DNA from: Candidatus Eiseniibacteriota bacterium
Lineage (GTDB): Bacteria > Eisenbacteria > RBG-16-71-46 > CAIMUX01 > VGJL01
Direction: 5' to 3'
NCBI GenBank assembly: GCA_963792585.1
Contig: CAWBWI010000006.1
Span: 864,001 to 928,000, forward strand
Length of the DNA: 64,000 nucleotides
Made by a program: the position numbers and the translations under genes
The notes under the pieces: generated by a model
Databases searched by the model: none
What the model was told of the DNA's origin: nothing
What the model saw: only the letters and a program-made list of their open reading frames with translations
Shown: positions 21,872-30,073 of the stretch, piece after piece
Position numbering within the stretch: the first letter of the stretch is position 1
How the letters are laid out: each line of letters opens with the position of its first letter

Positions 21872-23305
21872 GTGATCATCGGCGGCGTCCGCGACTTCAT
21901 CCTGAGAACGACCCGGCATCCCCTGGGCTTCGTGGGCCTGAACATCACGACGATCTCGGGCATCCTGCTCGTCGTGCTGCTGGCCGCGCAGTTGTTCGGT
22001 TTCGCGGGCAATCCCTACATAGGGATCGTCACCTTCGGAATCCTGCCGGGGTTGTTCGTTCTCGGACTTCTGGTGATGCCCATCTCTTCGTGGCTCTATC
22101 GGCGGCGGATGGCGAGGGGTGGGACCGACGCCGGTCTCTATCCGATCTACGACCTGAACAAGGTCAACATTCGCAGTCGGCTGATGTTCATCGGCGTGAT
22201 GACGGCGATCAATCTGACGATTGTCGCCGTCCTCGCCTACCGCGGTCTCGAGTTCATGGATTCGGTCAGCTTCTGCGGGCAGACGTGCCACCCGATCATG
22301 AAGCCGGAATTCACCGTCTACCAGACCTCACCCCACTCGAGGGTGCGCTGCGTGGACTGCCACATCGGACCCGGCGCCTCGTGGTTCGTCAAGAGCAAGC
22401 TTTCGGGATCGCGGCAGGTGTTCGTCCAGTTGGCGGGGACCTGGCCGAAGCCGATCAAGACGCCGGTCGACAATTTGCGGCCCTCCCGGGATACGTGCGA
22501 GGAGTGTCACTGGCCGGAGAAGTTCCACGGCGACAAGATGATGGTGAAAACACACTATCAGGAAGATGAAGCGAACACGCCGATCAAGACCGTTCTCCTG
22601 TTGAAGGTCGGGGGTGGGAATCCGGAATCGGGATTCCCGCGGGGCATCCACTCCCATATCATGAACCGCATCTACTACCGGTCGGATGAGCGGAGAGAGC
22701 TGATCCCCTACGTACGCGTCGAACGGGCCGACGGAACCTCCACTGAGTACAAGAAGGCGGGGATGGAGACCCTTCCCGATTCGATCGCTTCGAGACCTCT
22801 GCGCCTGATGGACTGCATCGACTGCCACAATCGCCCCACCCATGTTTATCGAATGCCCGCGCGAGCTCTCGACGAGGCGCTGGCGGCCGGACAGCTCCCG
22901 ACTTCGCTTCCGTTCCTGAAGCGCGAGGCACTGAAGGCGATCACGCAGACCTATCCGGACGCGGCTTCCGCCCGCGAGCAGATCACATCCTCCCTCGCGT
23001 CGTTCTACCGAACCAACTACCCCGACCTCCTCGCGTCGGATGCCGCGGGGATCGAGAAGGCCGTCTCGGGGGTGGTCGGCATCTGGTCGCAATACGTCTA
23101 CCCCGAGCTGAACATCAGCTGGGGAACTTACCCCGATCACATCGGCCACCAGGACTTCGCCGGTTGCTTCCGCTGTCACGACGAGGAGCATGTTTCGAGC
23201 GAGGGGAAGACGATTTCCCAGGACTGCTCGACGTGCCACAACCTCCTGGCGGTCGAAGAGGAGAACCCGGAGGTCCTCAAAACGCTCTTCCCCGAAGGGC
23301 AGTAG
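21872..23305 (+). CDS. imcH: ImcH-like NapC/NirT-family inner-membrane quinol-oxidising cytochrome
   Basis: Three N-terminal TMs, FCGQTCH..M.PE, SPHSRVRCVDCHIGPGA.WFVKSKLSG.RQV, LRP.RDTCEECHWPEKF, MDCIDCHNRPTH, WGTYPDHIGH...GCFRCHD, DCSTCH. Motif order matches Geobacter ImcH as I recall it, with 6 heme motifs (last one absent). Confidence 0.85.
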   Translation: MIIGGVRDFILRTTRHPLGFVGLNITTISGILLVVLLAAQLFGFAGNPYIGIVTFGILPGLFVLGLLVMPISSWLYRRRMARGGTDAGLYPIYDLNKVNIRSRLMFIGVMTAINLTIVAVLAYRGLEFMDSVSFCGQTCHPIMKPEFTVYQTSPHSRVRCVDCHIGPGASWFVKSKLSGSRQVFVQLAGTWPKPIKTPVDNLRPSRDTCEECHWPEKFHGDKMMVKTHYQEDEANTPIKTVLLLKVGGGNPESGFPRGIHSHIMNRIYYRSDERRELIPYVRVERADGTSTEYKKAGMETLPDSIASRPLRLMDCIDCHNRPTHVYRMPARALDEALAAGQLPTSLPFLKREALKAITQTYPDAASAREQITSSLASFYRTNYPDLLASDAAGIEKAVSGVVGIWSQYVYPELNISWGTYPDHIGHQDFAGCFRCHDEEHVSSEGKTISQDCSTCHNLLAVEEENPEVLKTLFPEGQ

Positions 23306-23322
23306 ATCTTACGGAGGCTCTC

Positions 23323-25293
23323 GTGCTCGCTCGCGCGCTCCTCGCCTTCATGGCGCTCCTCGCGATCAGTCCCGCGGCGTCGTTCGCCGTCACCAATGAC
23401 GAGTGCCTCGAATGCCACTCCGATCCCTCCATCCAGAAGGAGGGCGAGGGGGGCAAGACGATCCCCCTCTACGTCCCGGCGACCGAGTTCGGCAGCTCCG
23501 TCCACGCCGCATTCAACTGCGTCGACTGCCACACGGACTACAATCCGGACGGTCACCCCGGCCCGCTCGGCAAGGTCGACTGCGGCACCTGTCACGCCGA
23601 CGCGATGGCGGCCTATGCGACGAGCATCCACGGTCAAGCCGTTGCGAAGGGGATCGCCGACGCCCCGACCTGCTCCGATTGTCACGGGACGCACGGAATC
23701 ACATCGCCGTCGAATCCCGCGTCGAACGCCAATCCGCTTCGAATCGTCGGCACGTGCGCACGCTGCCATGCGAGCCCGGAGATCGTCCGGAAGTATGACA
23801 TGTCGGCGGAAGCGCCCATCGACGCTTATCTCAAGAGCGTTCACGGCCGCGCGCTCATGATCGACGGAAACGCCGACGCTCCGAACTGCAGCACCTGCCA
23901 CCCGGCGCACACGATGCTGCCCGCCCACGACCCCGCGAGCACGGTCGCGCGTGCCAATATCCCCGGGACATGCGGGCAGTGTCACGGCGATATCGTCGCC
24001 ATCTACTCCGAGAGCATCCACGGGGTGGCCGCCGCGCGCGGCGTCACCGACTCGCCGGTATGCACGGACTGCCACGGCGAGCACTCGATCCAGGAGCCGA
24101 CCAATCCGGCGTCGTCGGTATTCCCCGCGAACATCGCGAAAACGACCTGCACGCGCTGCCACAGCTCGCAGATCCTGTCGGGCCGCTACGGGTTCGACGC
24201 GACCCGGATCGAAACCTACAGGGAGACGTATCACGGGCTGGCGAGCAAGAAGGGGGCGCTCAACGTAGCCAACTGCGCCTCGTGTCACGGCGTGCACAAC
24301 ATCTTCCCGAGCGCCGACGCCCGTTCGACGGTCAACAGGGCGAGTCTCCAGAAGACCTGCGGGACCTGCCACCCGAACGCGAGCGTCGAGTTCGCGTCGA
24401 TCCAGGTCCATCCGTCGATCTCCGGACCGGGCTCCCCCGCCCAAACCGTGCAGCGGCCGCGGGACATCGCGAAGTCGATCTACATCATGCTGCTGCTCGT
24501 GGTGATCGGCGGGATGGCTGTGCACAACATCATCATCTGGGTCCATCATGTGATCGAGAAGCGCCGGCGCGAGTTGAGGAAGCCGCGGGTCCGCCGCTTC
24601 GAGCGATTCGAGGCGGTCGAGCACGTGATCCTGTTGGTGAGCTTCTTCACGCTGGTGTTCACCGGGTTCGCGCTGAAGTTCGCCGATTCGAGTTGGGTGA
24701 GGCTCACGGAGCAGATCGGAATGACCGAGGCGGTGCGCGGGATCGTCCACCGCGTGGCGGCCGTCGTCATGATCGGCATCTCGCTGGTCCACCTGGGATT
24801 CCTGCTGCTCACGCGACCGGGCAGGCGGGAGCTGGCCGCCTTGCGCCCGACGATGCGCGATGTGACCGACTTCGTCCACAACATGGCCTACAATCTGCGT
24901 CTTCGGACCGACCGGCCGACCTTCCCCCACTTCGACTACACGGAGAAGGCCGAGTACCTGGCGCTGATCTGGGGCACGATCGTGATGGTCTTCACCGGTT
25001 TCGTCCTCTGGTTTCCGACCTATTTCACGAGGATCTTGCCCGGGTGGATATTCGAGGTCTCGGAGGTCGTTCACTACTACGAAGCGTGGCTGGCCTTCCT
25101 CGCAATCGTCGTCTGGCATTTCTTCTATGTGCTGTTCGGCCCGGAGGCCTCACCGATGAGCGTCACCTGGATGGACGGGATGACGACGGTGGATCACGCG
25201 CTCCACAAGCACGGAGGTCTGCAGCCGCACCAGGAGGTCCAGTATCCGGACGGCGAGGAGCCGCCGGCGAGCGGGAAGCACCCGTCGGCCTAG
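23323..25293 (+). CDS. cbcL: CbcL-like fusion of 11-heme c cytochrome and di-heme cytochrome b (FdnI-type) membrane domain
   Basis: 11 CxxCH with repeated Y..S.HG...P.CxxCH.H units. Then TMs with His ligands (VEHV, IVHR, LVHL, VVHY, VWHF) and FDYTEKAEYLALIWGT, the CbcL architecture. Confidence 0.8.
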   Translation: MLARALLAFMALLAISPAASFAVTNDECLECHSDPSIQKEGEGGKTIPLYVPATEFGSSVHAAFNCVDCHTDYNPDGHPGPLGKVDCGTCHADAMAAYATSIHGQAVAKGIADAPTCSDCHGTHGITSPSNPASNANPLRIVGTCARCHASPEIVRKYDMSAEAPIDAYLKSVHGRALMIDGNADAPNCSTCHPAHTMLPAHDPASTVARANIPGTCGQCHGDIVAIYSESIHGVAAARGVTDSPVCTDCHGEHSIQEPTNPASSVFPANIAKTTCTRCHSSQILSGRYGFDATRIETYRETYHGLASKKGALNVANCASCHGVHNIFPSADARSTVNRASLQKTCGTCHPNASVEFASIQVHPSISGPGSPAQTVQRPRDIAKSIYIMLLLVVIGGMAVHNIIIWVHHVIEKRRRELRKPRVRRFERFEAVEHVILLVSFFTLVFTGFALKFADSSWVRLTEQIGMTEAVRGIVHRVAAVVMIGISLVHLGFLLLTRPGRRELAALRPTMRDVTDFVHNMAYNLRLRTDRPTFPHFDYTEKAEYLALIWGTIVMVFTGFVLWFPTYFTRILPGWIFEVSEVVHYYEAWLAFLAIVVWHFFYVLFGPEASPMSVTWMDGMTTVDHALHKHGGLQPHQEVQYPDGEEPPASGKHPSA

Positions 25294-26569
25294 CGCATTC
25301 CCCCCGCGCCCGCTCGGGCGCCCTCTTCCATGCAGAGGCGGACCGGCGCCTCCCCGTAGATCCCGACCGGGAAGAGGTACGGGACGAGGCCGAGGAGAAA
25401 CTGCCGCATCTTGAGCGCCTGATGACTCGCATAGTGCTCGGTGTGGATCGTTCTGAGGTAGGTCTCGAGGGTGTAGACCTGGAGTTCGACGGGAAAGAAG
25501 TATGGCGGCGAGTCGGGCGCGTGCGGCGGCCGGTAGAGAACGTCCAGCTCGCACTTGAAGACGCGGTACCCGGCGCCGGAGTATGGGTTCAGCTCGCTGC
25601 TAAGGCTGGTTCCCGAGAGCGTGTCGGTGACGTTCTTGATCCGGAACGGCCCTCCGAACAGGTCGACGAGCACCTCCTTGAGGTGCTCGACCTCCAGCAG
25701 ATCCTCGACGATGAACATCGCGCCGATCAGATCCTTGATCTGGCGGGGATCGTTCTCGCCCTTGCGGATCATCTTGCTCACGATCGAGCCGTTGCGGCGG
25801 CGGTGGAGCCCCGACCGGATCTCGGTCGCTGCAGGGCGTAATGCGTACTGCCCCGCTGGTACTGGTACGGGATGATCTCCTTCTTGAACCGGCAGGAATA
25901 GAAGTAGACGTGCAGGCGGATCGGCCTGCCTTGATAGAGCATCTCGATCACTTGCAGGTCGAAAGCTCCAACGCTCCTGCCCTTCGCGGGTCGATCGATT
26001 GATCGAGTACTCCATCGACACACCGTCGGGGCCGATGCCGAAGAAGACGTCGAGGGTGCGGCGGTCGGCAACGTCGGTGAAGAGATGCCTCTCGAGGAGC
26101 GTTTCGAAGAACCGTTTGTGTGCCACCCCGTCCTCGACGTCCCGCGAGTGATCGACGTCGAAGAACAGCTTCGTCATGTAGAGTTTTCGCTGCGCCTCGA
26201 AGCGGATCCGGGGATCGGTGTTCATGAAGATCATCGAGAACAGCTCGAGGATGTCGGTGCACTCGCCCACCTCGGGGATCGGTTGGACGATCCCCCGGAC
26301 GTCGGCGGGGAGCAGATCCGGACGATGTCGCGGATGTATTGCGTCGCCTCGGTGAGGTAGTATCGCGCCGTCTCGAGATTGGCGGCGAGTTCGTGCGTCT
26401 CGCCGGGGGCGTGGAGCATGCGGTTCAACAGATCGTTGTACGGCGCCGTCCCCTGCAGGATGCTGAGGTACTCGCGATAGAGCATGCGAAAGGCCGCCGG
26501 GTCGCGTTCCGAAAGCGCCGGATCGAGGAGAGGATGTGCCGTGTAATCGGGCGGGGGGATCTTTCCCAT
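25290..26569 (-). CDS. RelA/SpoT-synthetase-like nucleotidyltransferase (TIGR04552/TIGR04562-like), split by about 3 frameshifts
   Basis: SIVSKMIRK...IKDLIGAMFIV, NPYSGAGYR, FFPVELQ, ASH..LK.RQ. The N-terminal part (MGKIPPPDY...) and middle part lie in other frames, with shifts near 26310, 25960 and 25840. Overlaps the cbcL stop by 4 nt. Confidence 0.65.
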
Positions 26570-26628
26570 GCCTCCATGCTCCTAGGATCGTGCCGATCCG
26601 GTCCGCTACCTCGACGGTCGAGGATAAC

Positions 26629-27501
26629 ATGGACGCCATGAACACCCAAGACGCACGGCCGGTCTCTCCCGGAGCATTGATGGAGATGCTCTCCGCGGGA
26701 CCTCGAGCCGGTCCCAGGGTGATCGACCTGCGACCGCGCGCCGCATTTGAGGCCGGCCACCTGCCGGGCTCGAGCCGGCTTGGATTCGATGAGATCGAGA
26801 TCGCCTACCTGCGCCCCCCCCGATGGCGTCCGCTCATCGTTGTTGCCGATGATGCGATCCAGGCGGATGATGCGGCCCGCATGCTGCGGGGTCATGGGCA
26901 TCTGGCGCGGGGACTGTCGATCGGGATCAGCCACGTGCCGGGATCCCGTGAAGAGGGGCCCGAACACCGACCCGTCTGGGAGCCGTCTCCGCTCGTGGAG
27001 TGCTGGGTCGATCGAATCCCCGCCGGCGAGGCTTGCGACCTTGCCTGTGGATCGGGACGCGACGCGGTCTACATGGCCATGCGCGGGCACACGGTCACCG
27101 CGATCGACGTCCTTCCCGATGCTCTCGAGCAGGGGGCGCACCTTGCGGAACGCCACGGGGTGAGGGTCCGGTTCGTTTGTGACGATGTCGAGGCTCACAT
27201 GGATGGGTGGACGGGCCCGTGGAACCTGATCAACGTGCAGCGATTCCTTCATCGCGAGATGCTCCGTCCATTGAGGGAGCGGTTGACCGACGGCGGGTTC
27301 CTCCTGTACGAGACCTTCCTCGAGCAGCAGGCGCGAACCGGGAAGAAGCCGCGGAATCTGGCGTTCTTGCTGAGAAGCGGCGAGTTGCTCGAGGCGGCCG
27401 CCGGACTCGATGTTCTGCACTATCGTGAGGGAACCACCGACGCGGGCGACTCCACTGCAGCCCTCGTCGCGCGCAAAGGAGGCGAGCGTGCACCGAGATG
27501 A
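26629..27501 (+). CDS. Rhodanese-like domain fused to a TehB-like class I SAM methyltransferase
   Basis: VIDLRP.AAFEAGHLPGS (rhodanese), then EPSP, DLACGSGRDAVYMA..G..VTAID, FLHR, GGFLLYETF, FLLRSGEL. Confidence 0.8.
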   Translation: MDAMNTQDARPVSPGALMEMLSAGPRAGPRVIDLRPRAAFEAGHLPGSSRLGFDEIEIAYLRPPRWRPLIVVADDAIQADDAARMLRGHGHLARGLSIGISHVPGSREEGPEHRPVWEPSPLVECWVDRIPAGEACDLACGSGRDAVYMAMRGHTVTAIDVLPDALEQGAHLAERHGVRVRFVCDDVEAHMDGWTGPWNLINVQRFLHREMLRPLRERLTDGGFLLYETFLEQQARTGKKPRNLAFLLRSGELLEAAAGLDVLHYREGTTDAGDSTAALVARKGGERAPR

Positions 27502-28156
27502 TGCGCTGCCCACGTTGCCGCTGGCGGTCGATCCCGGGATCGCGACGCGGATTCGGGTCGGCTCGTTCATGCTCGACGGGGTCTCGGCCGGAGACCGGCC
27601 TACCAGTCTGGACGAGGAGTTCGCGCGTCTGGAAACGCGCTACCGGCAACTGTGGAAAGAACCGGTCGACGCTCACGATGCGCTCCATCCCGCACGCAAG
27701 CTGTACCATGCGCTCGGAATCGATCCGTCCAAGACGCGTCCCTCGTCGGAGGCGCTGCTGCGGCGGGTACTCCTCGGTAAGGGCTTGTACCGCGTGAATG
27801 CGGTCGTGGACGCGGCGAATCTCGCCTCGCTCTCCTTGTTGCTGCCGGTCGGCCTCTATGACCTGGACAAGATCTCCCCGCCCGTGACCCTGCGATTCGG
27901 GGCCGAGGAGGAGTCGTACGAGGGAATCCGAAAGGACCAGGTCCACCTGGGGCACCGGCCGACGCTGGTCGATGCGGGGGGTCCGTTCGGCAATCCCACG
28001 TCGGATTCGTTGCGCACGTCGGTGACGGACGCGACGCGGTCGGTCTGGTTCGTTCTCTTCGCTCCCTCGGATCATCCGGAACCGGCTATGCGGGATGAGC
28101 TGCGCAGAGCGCACGATATTCTGAAGCGACACGCTTGCGTCGCGGAAGGAGGGTGA
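27488..28156 (+). CDS. B3/4 (PheRS beta editing-like) stand-alone protein
   Basis: LGIDPSKTRPSSEALLRR...YRVNAVVDAANLASL...PVGLYDLDKI, GPFGNPTSDS.RT. Confidence 0.85.
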   Translation: MHRDDALPTLPLAVDPGIATRIRVGSFMLDGVSAGDRPTSLDEEFARLETRYRQLWKEPVDAHDALHPARKLYHALGIDPSKTRPSSEALLRRVLLGKGLYRVNAVVDAANLASLSLLLPVGLYDLDKISPPVTLRFGAEEESYEGIRKDQVHLGHRPTLVDAGGPFGNPTSDSLRTSVTDATRSVWFVLFAPSDHPEPAMRDELRRAHDILKRHACVAEGG

Positions 28157-28158
28157 GC

Positions 28159-28926
28159 ATGACCGACTCGGGCGATGCCGGTGGGGGGCGTGATCGGGGC
28201 GGTAGGGGCGACTCCGGGGGCAGGAACGATCCGAGCGGTAGGGGCGATCGGGCGATGATCGGAACCCTGGCAATCATCTGCCTGCTGATCGGGAACGTGA
28301 TCCTCGGCTCCTCCTGCGCCACAACGAAGCCGCGGCAGGCCGCCGGCGTGGAGGCGACTTTACGGGGGGAGTTCCCCGGGGCGGTCCTCGCGGTCGATGT
28401 CGAGGCTGGAAGGGTGCGGGTCGTTTCCTCCGCTTGGGATCAGATGGACGGGAAGGCCCAGTACACGTTCAAGAGAACGTGCGCCGAACGGATTGCGAGG
28501 GCCGGCGGGCCCGAGGACACCGTATTCCTCGTCAACGGCGAGGAAGTCGCCGTGTCCCACGGCGGATCGACTTCCGCCGAACCCGCGTTGTCCGGATCCC
28601 GGGCGGAGCCCGGGACCCGTCGGGCGGATGTGGAGCGGGCGGACGGCCGCTCGACTCCGGTAGAGGTCATGCCGGTCCTCCTCTCCCTTCCACCACCAGT
28701 CTATCCGGCGGAAGCCCGGAAGATGGGAACGGAGGGGCTCGTCCTCGTCCGGGCCCTTATCGGCAAGGACGGGCGCGTCGAGGAGGTCCGCATCTTCCAT
28801 GGCGTGACGGGCCTCGATGAGGCGGCCATGGAGAGTGTTCGGCGGGCCCGGTTCGAACCGGCCCTGGAACGGGGCGAACCGGTCCGGGTCTGGGTCCAGG
28901 TCCCGATCAGGTTCACGCTCGACTGA
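28159..28926 (+). CDS. TonB C-terminal domain protein (possible lipoprotein)
   Basis: P.YP.EAR..GTEG.V.V..LIG.DGRV.EV.I...LDEAA...VRR.RFEPA...GEPV.VW...PIRF. Hydrophobic segment ending ILGSS|C. Confidence 0.8.
   Translation: MTDSGDAGGGRDRGGRGDSGGRNDPSGRGDRAMIGTLAIICLLIGNVILGSSCATTKPRQAAGVEATLRGEFPGAVLAVDVEAGRVRVVSSAWDQMDGKAQYTFKRTCAERIARAGGPEDTVFLVNGEEVAVSHGGSTSAEPALSGSRAEPGTRRADVERADGRSTPVEVMPVLLSLPPPVYPAEARKMGTEGLVLVRALIGKDGRVEEVRIFHGVTGLDEAAMESVRRARFEPALERGEPVRVWVQVPIRFTLD
28171..28254 (+). repeat. Degenerate 18-bp tandem repeat encoding xDxGGR units
   Basis: GGCGATGCCGGTGGGGGG / CGTGATCGGGGCGGTAGG / GGCGACTCCGGGGGCAGG / AACGATCCGAGCGGTAGG / GGCGATCGGGCG. Confidence 0.45.
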
Positions 28927-28931
28927 CCGGC

Positions 28932-30059
28932 TCAGTCCAACCGCACCAGCTCGAAGGGTAGACGTCCGGTCGGGACCGGTTGCGCGATTCCTGAGATCAC
29001 GCGGCCGGTCAGCGCATCGAAGATGCGCAGACCCGGCGTCGTATAGGTCCGATCACACACGATCAGGTACCCGCATGCAGTGACCGCGAGGTCCGCGAGA
29101 TCGTAACCGGTGGACGTGTGGATCGGCTCGATCCGCGCCCCCGTTCTCACGTCGAAGGCGACCAGCACGGTGATCGAGGAGAGGTTGGCGATGGTCGCGT
29201 AACCGCGATCGTTCGGTCCGAGCGCGAAGTCGATCAGGTCCCCGCCGAGATCCTCCTCGCGGGTGAGCCAGCCGGTGGAACGGCGCGTCCCGAGATCGAT
29301 TTTCTCCACGCCTCCATCCAGCGCGCCATACGTGCCCACCTCGGGGATCAAGAGGACCGACGAGGTCCCGTCCCAGATCATCGGCGCCGAGGGGTTCAGA
29401 CCCTCCAGCGGGATTGCCTGGACCCCGGGGGTCACAGCATCGACGTCCACGATCGCGTTCGTGCGCGTGTCCAGCACGACCAGATACGAGGGGGCGATCG
29501 GCAGGTAGGTCGCGCCGCCGAAGTCGATTCGATCGACCGTGATGTAGAGATAGGGAGCCTGGTAGAAGAGACGGTCCATGTCGGGAACGCTGTCGGCGTC
29601 GGCGAAGCGACGAAGCGAGATCGTGTCGCGTGGCGCGCCCGTGCGGGGGTCGACCTCGAGGAGCCCGTCGGAGCCGTTCCGACTCACGTAGGCGCGGTCG
29701 GGCGCGATCAGCGCGATGTCGTGCGGATTGGATCCCGCCCCCACGGAGAACTGCCGGATCGTCGCATATCCGTGTGCAGGGTCGATCACTTGTACATTGT
29801 CGGCGCCGGTGCGGTTGATCACATAGACGAGACCGTCATGGACCCGGGCGACGGCATCCGGATGAATCGAAGCAAGGTCCTGTCGCACCGTGCCGGTCGA
29901 GTCCGCGGAGACCTCGGAGAGCCCTCCACTAGCGTAGTCGGTCGTGACAACGACGTATGACCCGCACTCGGGCGGCAGATGGTCGCCCGGCTTCGTCGCA
30001 TCGTCCTCACAGCCGACGACGGCAAGGGCGAGGAACAGGGCAAAGATCGGCTGGCGCAT
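28932..30059 (-). CDS. Beta-propeller (YncE/BtuG-like) lipoprotein, probable cobamide-binding partner
   Basis: Lipobox VVG|C; propeller repeats (VYVINR.GADNVQVID, GSNPHDIA, KAYVS-like RAYVS). Downstream of a B12-regulated TonB-dependent receptor. Confidence 0.75.
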   Translation of the reverse strand: MRQPIFALFLALAVVGCEDDATKPGDHLPPECGSYVVVTTDYASGGLSEVSADSTGTVRQDLASIHPDAVARVHDGLVYVINRTGADNVQVIDPAHGYATIRQFSVGAGSNPHDIALIAPDRAYVSRNGSDGLLEVDPRTGAPRDTISLRRFADADSVPDMDRLFYQAPYLYITVDRIDFGGATYLPIAPSYLVVLDTRTNAIVDVDAVTPGVQAIPLEGLNPSAPMIWDGTSSVLLIPEVGTYGALDGGVEKIDLGTRRSTGWLTREEDLGGDLIDFALGPNDRGYATIANLSSITVLVAFDVRTGARIEPIHTSTGYDLADLAVTACGYLIVCDRTYTTPGLRIFDALTGRVISGIAQPVPTGRLPFELVRLD

Positions 30060-30073
30060 CGGTCGGTCCCCTT

